Notes: generated by a model not told the origin, from the sequence alone. A DNA stretch of 64,000 bases from an uncultured Bacilli bacterium (GCA_934149465.1 CAKPEZ010000002.1:88758-152757), one strand, 5' to 3'. Shown: positions 28,595-38,459, counted from the stretch's first letter. A program made the numbers and translations.

Positions 28595-29623
28595 ATGATG
28601 CTAAAACCTTTGAAGATAAGTTATGGAAATAATAATATATGGGAATATATAAATCCTAAGAATAATGATTATTTTTCTAAAATGAATGAAATAGAAATTA
28701 AAGAATTATTATATTATTTAGATGATTACTATCTAGATTACCGAGATACTCTTAACTTAGATAGTAATACTACTTTTGGCGTAGAACTTGAATATGAAGA
28801 AATATCTTACAAAGTAATAGAGAAGATTTTATATAAAGAAGAACTATATGATTGGCTTAGTAAAAAAGATTTATCTATATCTATTGGCGGAGAAGTAATA
28901 TCTCCAATATTAAGAGATAACTTAAAAAAATGGCAAGAATTAAAAAGGACTTGCAATATTTTAAATGAGTATGCTAAAACTTTAGATCATTCTAGTACTC
29001 ATGTTCATGTAGGAGCGCATATTTTAGGAGATGATCCTAAAAATTTACTTAATTTTATCAAACTATGGTCAGCCTATGAAAGTATAATCTTTCATTTTTC
29101 CTATGGAGAACACCTTTCAGCAAGACCAATTATTAATATGTATTCTAGTAGATTAAAAGAGATCTTTTATGCAGATTATCACAAAGCTAAGCATAAAAGT
29201 GTAGAAGAAATTTTATATCTAGTTGCCCATCGGAGAACTCAAGCAGTTAATTTTAATAATCTTACTTCTCTAAAAGAAATAAAACCTAAAAATACTATTG
29301 AATTTAGATGTCCAAATGGTACTTTTGATCCAGTTATTTGTCAAAATAATATTAATTTATTTACTAAATTATTAAAATATGCAAGAAACTCTAACTTTAA
29401 TGAAGATATCGTTGATAGAAGCTTTAAAAATAATCTTAATTTAAGAGATTACGATATCATAAATTTAAAAGAAGCTCTAGAATTAGTTGATTTAATTTTT
29501 GATAATAATTTAGACAAAATCTATTTTCTAAGACAATACTTAAAATTTTCTTTAACAGGACACACTTTTATTAAAATGTCTCCTCCTTTTACTAAGTATA
29601 CCTTAACAAAAAAGAAGCTTTAA
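28595..29623 (+). CDS. Amidoligase_2-family protein (glutamine-synthetase-like carboxylate-amine ligase)
   Basis: FGVELEYEE (G-x-E-x-E), GGEVISPIL, STHVHVG and TIEFRCPNGTFDP blocks match the family's conserved motifs. 58 bp downstream of the CYTH gene. Confidence 0.6.
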   Translation: MMLKPLKISYGNNNIWEYINPKNNDYFSKMNEIEIKELLYYLDDYYLDYRDTLNLDSNTTFGVELEYEEISYKVIEKILYKEELYDWLSKKDLSISIGGEVISPILRDNLKKWQELKRTCNILNEYAKTLDHSSTHVHVGAHILGDDPKNLLNFIKLWSAYESIIFHFSYGEHLSARPIINMYSSRLKEIFYADYHKAKHKSVEEILYLVAHRRTQAVNFNNLTSLKEIKPKNTIEFRCPNGTFDPVICQNNINLFTKLLKYARNSNFNEDIVDRSFKNNLNLRDYDIINLKEALELVDLIFDNNLDKIYFLRQYLKFSLTGHTFIKMSPPFTKYTLTKKKL

Positions 29624-30714
29624 TCAGCTTCTTTTTGATTTAAATATTTATTATAACAACTCTTAGATTTTAAAGAAGTATATTCTTCATGAATTTCTCT
29701 TACTATAGAACTAACATTTTTAAAGAAACTTTCAAAATTATTAGTATATTGCTTAGTAGTAAGAACAGAAAGTAGGTAAGGATTATCATCAAATATTAAA
29801 GCATTATCATGAACATATTCCTTTTCAAGACCATATTTATTAGCAATCAACTTAAAATCAGTACCATTAGTAATATATTTAACACCGCTATCAACAAAAT
29901 AACTAACAAGTTCTTGATCAAGTTCTGTATTTTCTAAATAAAACTTATTATATAATACTCTCATATAAGTATTAGCATCTTTAGCACTAATATTTCCAAA
30001 ATATTGATTATAAGTCATTAAAGAATCAACATTATACTGTTTCCAGTACTTTTTAATATTATCTATTCCTAAATAATCGCAAAGTAGTTTATGAGCAATA
30101 TTATCGCTATTGATAATTGCAACCTTACATAAATACCTAACTGTATATTTACTTCCTACTTTATCATTTTTTATAACACCAGTCCCACCTAAATAATACT
30201 TAGCTAAATAAGTAACTTCATCTTCTAAATTAATCTTATTTTGCTTAGCTAAATCATAAGCATATATTACTACTGCTGCTTTTACAGTAGAAGCTGCAAA
30301 TAAAGAATTCTTACTATTATAAGATAAATTAAATCCACTAGAAATATCCTCATAAGAAAAAGCAAAAGCATTAGAATCATATTTAAAAAGATTATTTAAC
30401 TTATTAATATTATTAGTTAATTTAGTAGAGTACTCTTTCTGATCAAGAGGATTCTTTATACAATCAGTAAATTTATCAATAGCAGATTTATCATATTTAA
30501 GATTATTATTAGGATCATTTTGATAATTCTCATAATCTTCTTTTAATTTATCATCTAACTTCTCAATTTGTTTTTGATAATTTAAGTTATTAATCATTTT
30601 TTTAACTAAGTTATAGCTTAATGCTAAGACTATTCCACAAAAAATTCCAATAGTAATTGCAAGCCACGTTTTTATTTTTCTTTTTGGTTTCTTTTTACTC
30701 ACATCAATTCCCAC
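29620..30714 (-). CDS. Membrane-anchored class-A beta-lactamase-like serine hydrolase
   Basis: N-terminal TM anchor. ASTVKA (S-x-x-K) active-site motif, SDN-like INSDN, KYG (KTG-like). Convergent, overlaps the amidoligase gene by 4 nt. Confidence 0.6.
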   Translation of the reverse strand: MGIDVSKKKPKRKIKTWLAITIGIFCGIVLALSYNLVKKMINNLNYQKQIEKLDDKLKEDYENYQNDPNNNLKYDKSAIDKFTDCIKNPLDQKEYSTKLTNNINKLNNLFKYDSNAFAFSYEDISSGFNLSYNSKNSLFAASTVKAAVVIYAYDLAKQNKINLEDEVTYLAKYYLGGTGVIKNDKVGSKYTVRYLCKVAIINSDNIAHKLLCDYLGIDNIKKYWKQYNVDSLMTYNQYFGNISAKDANTYMRVLYNKFYLENTELDQELVSYFVDSGVKYITNGTDFKLIANKYGLEKEYVHDNALIFDDNPYLLSVLTTKQYTNNFESFFKNVSSIVREIHEEYTSLKSKSCYNKYLNQKEAD

Positions 30715-30845
30715 TTTCTAATATTATAAAATAATTATACACCTATTCTAACAATAAGAAAAGGATTATTATTTAGTGCAAAAACATAAAAGGTTAACTA
30801 ACATGAAATTTTATTAATAAAAATATTGACTTTTCTATAGAAAAT

Positions 30846-31466
30846 ATGATAAATTTTAATAAATTAGAAAGGCAGATATATATGAATAACAAAGGTACTA
30901 TCAAGTTAGAAACTAAAAATTTAATCTTAAGAAAAGGAACAATAGAAGATGCTAAAATGATATATGAAAATTATGGAATAGATCCACTAGTATCAAAGTA
31001 TGTTGTTTGGAATAGGCATGAAAGTATAGATGATGCACTAAATTTAATGAGAAAGTGGGAAGAAAGTTATCAAGATAAAAATTCTTATAAATGGCTAGTA
31101 GCAGAAAAAGAAACAAATGAAGTAATTGGTTCAATATCTGCTGTAAAAGTAGATATAAAAAATAAAACTATTGAATTAGGATATTGCTTTGGATCTAAGT
31201 GGTGGAATAAGGGGTACGCAACGGAAACTTTAAAGAGAGTAATAAAATTTTTCTTTGAAGAAGAGAATGTAGAAACAATTTGCGCCAGACATTTGACTGA
31301 TAACAAAGCTAGCGGTAAAGTCATGTTAAAGTCTGGGATGATTTTTGAGGGAATATTAAGAAATAGAATGATCGACAAAGTAACTGGCAAACCAATGGGA
31401 CTAGCTTCTTATTCAATAATAAAGGATGATTATTTTAAAAATAAAGGAAATCAAAGATATGAATAG
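30846..31466 (+). CDS. GNAT N-acetyltransferase (RimJ/RimL-like)
   Basis: Acetyl-CoA-binding region WWNKGYATETLKRVI. The true start may be the ATG at 30882. Confidence 0.7.
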   Translation: MINFNKLERQIYMNNKGTIKLETKNLILRKGTIEDAKMIYENYGIDPLVSKYVVWNRHESIDDALNLMRKWEESYQDKNSYKWLVAEKETNEVIGSISAVKVDIKNKTIELGYCFGSKWWNKGYATETLKRVIKFFFEEENVETICARHLTDNKASGKVMLKSGMIFEGILRNRMIDKVTGKPMGLASYSIIKDDYFKNKGNQRYE

Positions 31467-31909
31467 TGATAAAAAAGAATTAATAATAAGAAATGCTAAG
31501 ATAGAAGACGCAGAAAGCATAGTTAAGTGTAAAAATAAAATTTCTGAATATATAGTATGTGAAATAAATAACAAAGTTGTAGGATTTTTAAGATTTGGAA
31601 AAAACAGGAAAAATTATTGATGATAAATTTCTAAAAGAAGGCGAGGTAGTTTATATAGTTAGAGCATATACGTTTATTAATTCTGATGGTATTTATAAAT
31701 CTGTTCTTACAGAAATACCATTTAAATATACTAAGTTAAAAGAAAAAATTAACATTCATGAGAATTCATATCCTTTAAGTAATGTTTTAACTCCAATTGA
31801 TTCTTTAAAAACGGTTATTAAACTAAGTGCTGATGAGTCAAATACGTACTATTTAAAATATTCTAAGTCAGCATTTGATGAGGTAGAAGAATTCTTTAAT
31901 AATAATTAA
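31459..31909 (+). pseudogene. Possible frameshifted second acetyltransferase-like gene (two ORFs 31459..31620 and 31595..31909 in different frames)
   Basis: The N-terminal ORF begins with a coupled ATGAATAG overlap and has a GNAT-like start (IRNAKIEDAESI...VVGFLRF). It stops inside an A6 run (GGAAAAAACAGGAAAAA). The downstream ORF continues in another frame from a TTG codon. Confidence 0.25.
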
Positions 31910-31910
31910 G

Positions 31911-31950
31911 AAAAGCGAGTAATAATAGAATTTATTATTATTCGCTTTCT
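31911..31950. terminator. Bidirectional terminator hairpin
   Basis: AAAGCGAGTAATAATA-GAATTT-ATTATTATTCGCTTT between convergent genes. Confidence 0.5.
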
Positions 31951-32814
31951 TTATTTATATAGTTCTTTCTTTATAAGATCGATATTATCTTTCATAATAG
32001 TTAGATAACTTTGATTAGAATTAGTAATTCCTCCGTCAATACTTTTCATTGTATTTAAAACTGAAATAGTAGCGCCATAATTATCTTTAAGATTAGTTAC
32101 TATATCATTAACCTCTTCACTACTTGAGAAAATATATTTTATTTTATTTCTATTTAAAAGAAGTTTTACTTCAGAAATAGTTTTTTCAGTAACTTGATTA
32201 TTAGAATTATCAAGAGAAATAATATTTAATCCATATTTTTCTAAGAAACTAAATGAATCATTATCTACTACAATAGTATCATATTCAGAGTTTTTAACTA
32301 TTTCTTTTAATTCAGCATCTAACTCAGATAAGCTAATCTTTAAAGATTGATAATTTTCATCTACTTCTTTAATTAAATAAGGATTAGTAATATATTCTTC
32401 TAGACCAGTTTTAACATTTTGAGCCATCATTAAGTAGTTATAAGGATTAAGCCATAATTCTTCAGTACTATAAGTATAATTTACACCAAGCGCGCTATCA
32501 ATTATTTTTAAATTCTTATTTTTATTGATAAGATCAACTGCTAAATCACGTTCAGTATCTCTTTTTGAATTAAATACAAATAATCCACTACGAGAATATT
32601 CATTTAATTGTTTACTAGTAAATTCATAATTATCAATATCAATACCACTAGGATAAACACTAAAAATATCAGAATTATCTCCATATAGGGAATCAATAAG
32701 ATAATGAACTGGGTATAAAGTAGTGTAAATCTTTATATCTTCCATGTCATCTCTTTTAAAGCATCCAGTTAATAAAAATATCAGCATTATTAAGCATAAT
32801 AGTTTTTTCTTCAT
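31951..32814 (-). CDS. TroA/ZnuA-fold lipoprotein with degenerate metal site (orphan solute-binding protein)
   Basis: Lipobox LLTGC. Cluster-9 SBP pattern IYTTLYPVHYL...SVYPSGIDIDNYEFTSK...EELWLNP...DNDSFSF, but the usual His ligands are replaced by N, L and N. No ABC permease or ATPase adjacent. Confidence 0.5.
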   Translation of the reverse strand: MKKKLLCLIMLIFLLTGCFKRDDMEDIKIYTTLYPVHYLIDSLYGDNSDIFSVYPSGIDIDNYEFTSKQLNEYSRSGLFVFNSKRDTERDLAVDLINKNKNLKIIDSALGVNYTYSTEELWLNPYNYLMMAQNVKTGLEEYITNPYLIKEVDENYQSLKISLSELDAELKEIVKNSEYDTIVVDNDSFSFLEKYGLNIISLDNSNNQVTEKTISEVKLLLNRNKIKYIFSSSEEVNDIVTNLKDNYGATISVLNTMKSIDGGITNSNQSYLTIMKDNIDLIKKELYK

Positions 32815-33035
32815 TATTTTCCTTCTTTCTTTGGAACTGGATCATATCCATATCCGCCCCAAGGTGCACAACGTAACAATCTTTTAATTCCAAGGATAAT
32901 TCCTTTAAATATGCCATATTCATTAATAGATATAATCATATAATTAGAGCAACTTGGATAATATCTACAATAACTATGACACTTTAAAGGAATCCTTTGA
33001 TAGAATTTAATTAAACTAATAATTATCTTTTTCAT
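32814..33035 (-). CDS. yidD: Membrane protein insertion efficiency factor YidD
   Basis: CRYYPSCSNY...RCAPWGGYGYDPVP signature. 73 aa. Confidence 0.8.
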   Translation of the reverse strand: MKKIIISLIKFYQRIPLKCHSYCRYYPSCSNYMIISINEYGIFKGIILGIKRLLRCAPWGGYGYDPVPKKEGK

Positions 33036-33120
33036 ATTTATTATTTTACTCTATTTTTTATCTTTTGTAAATGGTAGATCAATATTATCAAGATACGTGG
33101 TATAATAAATGTATTAACAA

Positions 33121-33789
33121 ATGGAGATGAGAAAAATGCATATATTAGAGAAATTAAATATTGTTCCAAGTGATATGAATTTATTTATAACAGCGTTAAC
33201 CCATACATCATATACTAATGAACATGAGAATTGTCCTAGTTATGAAAGATTAGAATTCTTGGGTGATGCTATTTTAGAAGCAATTATTAGTGATTATTTA
33301 TATAAAGAAGAAAAGTATGAGGAAGGATCTATGACTAAGATAAGAGCATCTTATGTTTGTGAAAGAGCATTATATGAATATGCTAAAGATTTAGATCTTC
33401 CTTTAGATATGCGTCTTGGTTCAGGAGAACATGGTCATGATAATCAAACTATAATAGCAGATATGTTTGAAGCTTTTATTGGAGCATTATATCTAGATAA
33501 GGGATATGATTATACTAAAAAAATAGTTTTAGATATTATAGTTCCATATATAGATAAGAAAATGGAATTTCTAAAAGATTATAAGACTATCTTACAAGAA
33601 TCAGTACAAACAGTAAAGAAAAGTGTAATATATGAAATAATAGATGAACAAGGACCTGCTCATAATAGAATGTTTACAGCTCAAGTAAAAGTTGATAATA
33701 TTATTATGGGCAAGGGAGTAGCCTCTTCTAAGAAACAAGCAGAACAGCTTGCTGCTAAAGAAGCATTAAGTAGAAAAGCTAAAATATAA
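33121..33789 (+). CDS. rnc: Ribonuclease III
   Basis: ERLEFLGDAILE catalytic signature plus C-terminal dsRBD (GPAHNRMFTAQVKV...GKGVASSKKQAEQLAAKEAL). Confidence 0.9.
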   Translation: MEMRKMHILEKLNIVPSDMNLFITALTHTSYTNEHENCPSYERLEFLGDAILEAIISDYLYKEEKYEEGSMTKIRASYVCERALYEYAKDLDLPLDMRLGSGEHGHDNQTIIADMFEAFIGALYLDKGYDYTKKIVLDIIVPYIDKKMEFLKDYKTILQESVQTVKKSVIYEIIDEQGPAHNRMFTAQVKVDNIIMGKGVASSKKQAEQLAAKEALSRKAKI

Positions 33790-34686
33790 TATTCCAAGTA
33801 TCAAAGATAGACCTGAGTGAATAATTCTTGCTATTAAAAATGGAAGATATTTTATTTTAGTTCCACTTATTTGAGAAGATACTTGTAAATGAACAGATAT
33901 TCCTCCAAATGATAAGATCATCGAAGTTAAGATAATTTTTACTTTTAAAGGAATAGCTAAGATGCTTAGTTCTTTTAAGCCAATAGTAATTTCTAAAATA
34001 GATTTAACTAAACAAGATATATAAATATTATTTGGAAGATATTTTAATATTAGTGAAGATACTATTAAAAAAATAGTTAATATTCCAAGAATTAATAGTA
34101 AACTATCTATACTAGAAGTTACAGAATTTATTAAGATCTTTCCAAAAGAAAGTTCTTTCTTTTTATCTATTTTATTATTTTCACTTACAGAAGAATAATT
34201 TCTAAAGATAATACCAATAAGAATATTTGGAAGATAATGACAAATCATAATAATAGGACCAATATTTTTATTATTAAAGAAGACTCCTAACACCCCTAAA
34301 ATAAATAATGGATTAGAAAAGTGAGTAAAAGTTAATAATTTACTAGCTTCTTTATCACTGATATAACCATTATCGTATAATATTCTGGTATTTCTGGCAT
34401 TAGAAGGAAATCCTGAAAATATAGATAAAAAGAATACTAACAAAGAACTATCATTAATATTAAATAAATTCTTAAAAAAAGGAAATATCTTAGTTAAATA
34501 ATATCCAGCATTATAACTAATTAGAATACTGGCAATAATAAAAAAAGGCCACAAAGTAGGAACTAAATTATTAATCCAAATATTTAACGCTTCAAAAACA
34601 GTATTAATAACTAGATCTTTATTTAAAAAAATTAAAATACTTATTAAAATAGTAATACCAACAATTAATAGATCTTTCTTTTTCAT
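33766..34686 (-). CDS. Polytopic membrane protein, YlbJ/SpmA-like (nucleoside-recognition Gate domain) sporulation membrane protein candidate
   Basis: 306 aa, about 8 TM helices. TFTHFSNPLFILGVLG resembles Gate-domain proteins. Adjacent to a ylbL-like gene, as in Bacillus. Confidence 0.4.
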   Translation of the reverse strand: MKKKDLLIVGITILISILIFLNKDLVINTVFEALNIWINNLVPTLWPFFIIASILISYNAGYYLTKIFPFFKNLFNINDSSLLVFFLSIFSGFPSNARNTRILYDNGYISDKEASKLLTFTHFSNPLFILGVLGVFFNNKNIGPIIMICHYLPNILIGIIFRNYSSVSENNKIDKKKELSFGKILINSVTSSIDSLLLILGILTIFLIVSSLILKYLPNNIYISCLVKSILEITIGLKELSILAIPLKVKIILTSMILSFGGISVHLQVSSQISGTKIKYLPFLIARIIHSGLSLILGILYFSFST

Positions 34687-34753
34687 AATAAAATATATGT
34701 TTTAATAAGCAAGAATATTAGAGGTAAATAAAAATATAAATAATAGTAAAGGA

Positions 34754-35734
34754 ATGATAAAAATGATCAAAAAATTCTTAAAAGCTAATCTATCTTGTAT
34801 AGTAATTATCTTAATAGGTTTATTTTTAACTTATTATAGATTACCTTATTACATTCTAGCTCCAGGAGGCACGATTGATATTAGTAATAGAGTTACTGTT
34901 GATAAAAAGCCATCTAAAATAAATGGAAGTTTAAACTTATTATATGCTACTCAGTATCAAGCAAATATACCAATGTATCTGTTATCTTATATTATAGATA
35001 CTCTTGATAGAGAAAAAGTTTCAGATGAACAAGTAGGTGATGAAACTGTTAAAGAAATAGAACTTAGAAATAAGTATTTATTAGATAATTCTATTAATAA
35101 TGCATTATATGTAGCATATCATGAATCTAATACAGATCTTACTATCAAAAGTTCTAAAGTAATAGTACTTGCTGCTTCTAAAGATAATCCTAATAAATTT
35201 AGAGTAGGAGACGTAATTCTTTCAATAGATGAAAAGAAAATTAATAATGTATCAGATATTAAAAATATTGAAAATCCTAATAATGAGTATAAATTTATAG
35301 TAGAAAGGGATAACCAAGAAATTACTATTAATGCAAGTAAAGATAAAGAAGGAAAGTATGGGATAGTTCTTACTACTAACTATGAATATAATCTTCCAGA
35401 TGATATAGAAATAAAATTTAAAAAGAGTGAAAGCGGTCCATCAGGAGGATTAATGCTATCTCTTAGTATCTATAGTGCTCTTAATAACGAAGATTTAATA
35501 AAAGGGAAAAAGATTGCAGGTACTGGAACTATTTCTTTAGACGGAACTGTTGGAGAAATAGGTGGAGTAAAATATAAATTAATAGGAGCTGCTCGTAATA
35601 AGGTAGATATAATGTTAGTACCAGAAGAAAACTATGACGAATGTCTTAACTTAAAAGAAAAATATAAATATGATATTGAGGTAGTAAAAGTTCATACCTT
35701 TACTGACGCTATTAACTACTTAAGATCTTTATAA
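34754..35734 (+). CDS. PDZ + Lon-like (S16) serine protease, YlbL/SepM family
   Basis: N-terminal TM, PDZ (GDVILSIDEKKI), C-terminal Lon-like domain with SGPSGGLMLSL catalytic-Ser motif and GAARNK. Confidence 0.7.
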   Translation: MIKMIKKFLKANLSCIVIILIGLFLTYYRLPYYILAPGGTIDISNRVTVDKKPSKINGSLNLLYATQYQANIPMYLLSYIIDTLDREKVSDEQVGDETVKEIELRNKYLLDNSINNALYVAYHESNTDLTIKSSKVIVLAASKDNPNKFRVGDVILSIDEKKINNVSDIKNIENPNNEYKFIVERDNQEITINASKDKEGKYGIVLTTNYEYNLPDDIEIKFKKSESGPSGGLMLSLSIYSALNNEDLIKGKKIAGTGTISLDGTVGEIGGVKYKLIGAARNKVDIMLVPEENYDECLNLKEKYKYDIEVVKVHTFTDAINYLRSL

Positions 35735-35784
35735 TTAATAAATAAAAAAAGCACTGTTTATACCAGATAAACTTAGTACTTTTT

Positions 35785-37314
35785 TTATTTTTTTAATTTT
35801 CTTTTTATCAAGTTAATTACTCTTTTTAAAAGTAATCTTGTATTCTTATCAAATAAATACATAATAGAAAGAGTAATCAAACTAATTAATACAAAAGTTA
35901 TTCCAAGGGATAAGATAATCATTATATATCCCTTTATATTAAGCATAAATATATTTTCAATAGGCTTTATTAAAAATAAAGTAACTATATAAATGAGACT
36001 TGCTATTAAATAAGGCTTTATAATATCAAGAATTTTTTCTTTAGAAAATATTTTCTTTTTAGCTAAAATGCACTTTAATATTAAGTTAACTATAAATGCT
36101 AAAACAGTTGCACTAAGAATACCATTTAATCCAAAGTATTTAATAAATATAAGAGATAATCCTACATTAATAACTGCAGATATTAATACGTGGTTCTTAT
36201 TATCTTTAAATAAACCATTTGAATTAATCATTGAATATAGTGGAAAATAAATAGTTGTAAAAAAGAGTGTTGATGTAAATAAACATACTGATAGATAAGA
36301 TAAATTATAAAGATTATCTTTTATCCAGGCATTTAAAACAAATGCTCTAATACCAATTAAAAAAGTAAGAGAAAAAGCAAATGCAATTATAATAAAGCCA
36401 GATAAATATTCTTTATATAATAGATAAGCTTTATTATCTTCTTTTTTAGCAAAGACATTTCCAAATGAATAAATAGCGCCGTTATTTATTCTAGCAATTA
36501 TTTCATTTAAGAATCTTAGAATATAATTATAAGAACTATAAATACTAACAGATATAGGACCTAAAAAAGCCATTAATAAAATAGAATCAGTATTATTAGT
36601 AACTAAGTATCCAACTTGATACCATGCTAAATCTTTAATCATTTTATTACTAGAAGTATCTTTTCTTTCAATTTCTTTAAGCCAAGGATATTTCTTTTCA
36701 ATTAACTTCTCAATAATAATTTCTTCAATAATTTTAACTATAAGTATCGTAACAGCGATTGCTACTAAGTTTTTAAATATTAAAACAGCAATAATAGTTA
36801 GAATATCACAAACAAGTTTAATTATATTGGTAGGAAAAGTATATAAATATTTTTCCTGATTAGCAGATACTACTGCTTGATAGGCTTGCTTTTTCCAAAA
36901 GAAAGGAATAAGATAAGATACTGCTATAATAAAAAATGAAAGTAAACTTGGTAATTTATAGCCGTTTTCAAAACTAGCAAAGAAATATAATCCTAAAGTA
37001 GTAGCGATTATTATTAGTAAAATGATATACCCAATTTTCTTAAATGTTTTTCTACTTCCTGAATAAATTGCATTTATATCATCTTTGTTATCTTCAGCAA
37101 ATGGTTTATATAATTTATAAATAACAGCATCCGTAAAACCACACTGAGCAAGAAATACATAAGTAATAACTTGGTTTATAAATTGATAATATCCATTACC
37201 AGTATCTCCTAAGTATTTTATTAAAACTGTAACTTTAATAATTCCGACTATTCCAATTAAAATATAGGGAATAGTATCTGCTAAAATATTTAAAAAAACT
37301 TTTTTCGTACGCAT
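35785..37314 (-). CDS. MOP-superfamily polysaccharide/lipid-II flippase-like membrane protein (Wzx/MurJ/SpoVB type)
   Basis: About 500 aa with about 14 TM helices. Start set at the ATG that follows a GGAGGAG RBS (MRTKK...). The longer ORF reaches 37329. Confidence 0.6.
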   Translation of the reverse strand: MRTKKVFLNILADTIPYILIGIVGIIKVTVLIKYLGDTGNGYYQFINQVITYVFLAQCGFTDAVIYKLYKPFAEDNKDDINAIYSGSRKTFKKIGYIILLIIIATTLGLYFFASFENGYKLPSLLSFFIIAVSYLIPFFWKKQAYQAVVSANQEKYLYTFPTNIIKLVCDILTIIAVLIFKNLVAIAVTILIVKIIEEIIIEKLIEKKYPWLKEIERKDTSSNKMIKDLAWYQVGYLVTNNTDSILLMAFLGPISVSIYSSYNYILRFLNEIIARINNGAIYSFGNVFAKKEDNKAYLLYKEYLSGFIIIAFAFSLTFLIGIRAFVLNAWIKDNLYNLSYLSVCLFTSTLFFTTIYFPLYSMINSNGLFKDNKNHVLISAVINVGLSLIFIKYFGLNGILSATVLAFIVNLILKCILAKKKIFSKEKILDIIKPYLIASLIYIVTLFLIKPIENIFMLNIKGYIMIILSLGITFVLISLITLSIMYLFDKNTRLLLKRVINLIKRKLKK

Positions 37315-37411
37315 AATTAACTCCTCCATGTATTAATATTATAATATAAAAACGAAAAATTAAAAATAATTATTGTATTTATTTTTGATTTATGTTAATA
37401 TAATCTTGGCT

Positions 37412-37514
37412 TTTCAAATACACACGAATGAGGATTTAATATCTCTAGTGCTTAATTTATAAGTGAGAATTAAAGAAGATTCATTCGGAGGATACAAACA
37501 AAGGAGGAAAAAAT
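37412..37514 (+). promoter_or_regulatory. Structured 5' leader of rpsB (candidate S2 autoregulatory element)
   Basis: Long-range complementarity: CGAATGA (37425-37431) pairs with TCATTCG (37481-37487) immediately before the GGAGG RBS. Confidence 0.3.
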
Positions 37515-38459
37515 ATGGCAGTAGTATCTATGAGTTACTTACTAGAAGCTGGAGTTCATTTTGGACATCAAACTAAAAGATGGAATCCTAAAATGAAGGA
37601 ATATATCTTTGCAGCAAGAGATGATATTTATATCATTGATTTACAAAAGACTGTAAAGAAAATAGAAGAAGCTTATGCTAAGTTAAATGAAATTGCCGCT
37701 AATGGCGGAAAGGTTTTATATGTTGGAACTAAGAAGCAAGCTAGTGAAGTTTGCCGTGAAGAAGCAACTCGTTCTAACATGTATTATGTAACAGAAAGAT
37801 GGCTTGGAGGAACACTAACTAACTTTAAGACTATTAAAAAGAGAATTAATCGCTTAGAAGAAATTGAAAAAATGGAAGAAGATGGAACTTTTGCATTACT
37901 TCCTAAGAAAGAAGTTATTGGACTTAAGAAAGAATATGAAAAGTTAAATCGTAACCTATGTGGTATCAGAGATATGAAGAAACTTCCTGATGCATTAATT
38001 ATTGTTGATTCAACAAAAGAAATTAACGCTATTAGAGAAGCTAAAATTCTTGGTATTCCAGTATTTGGTGTTATTGACACTAACTGTGATCCAGATGTTG
38101 TTGATTATGTTATCCCTGGTAATGATGATGCTGTAAGAGCAATCAAAGTTGTTCTTGGAGTATTAACTAATGCGATTGTTGAAGCTAATGGTGGAACTAT
38201 AGTTGATTATGTTACAGAAGATGAACATCATGATAAAGCAAAAGAACAAACTAAAGAAAAAGTAAATGCCAAAGAAACATCTAAAAAGCCTGTTGTTAAA
38301 GAAGAATCTATTAAAGAAGAAGAAAAGCTAAGTAAAAAAGAAACTAAAATAGATTTAAATATTTTAACAGTAACAGAACTTAAAGAATTAGCTAAGAAAA
38401 AAGAAATCAAAGGCTATTCTAAGATGAAAAAAGAAGAATTACTTGAAGTTTTAAAATAA
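37515..38459 (+). CDS. rpsB: 30S ribosomal protein S2 with about 70-aa lysine-rich C-terminal extension ending in a Rho_N/SAP-like motif
   Basis: The N-terminal 240 aa are canonical S2 ([18 protein letters not shown]). The tail [34 protein letters not shown] matches the Rho N-terminal helix-hairpin motif. Confidence 0.9.
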   Translation: MAVVSMSYLLEAGVHFGHQTKRWNPKMKEYIFAARDDIYIIDLQKTVKKIEEAYAKLNEIAANGGKVLYVGTKKQASEVCREEATRSNMYYVTERWLGGTLTNFKTIKKRINRLEEIEKMEEDGTFALLPKKEVIGLKKEYEKLNRNLCGIRDMKKLPDALIIVDSTKEINAIREAKILGIPVFGVIDTNCDPDVVDYVIPGNDDAVRAIKVVLGVLTNAIVEANGGTIVDYVTEDEHHDKAKEQTKEKVNAKETSKKPVVKEESIKEEEKLSKKETKIDLNILTVTELKELAKKKEIKGYSKMKKEELLEVLK

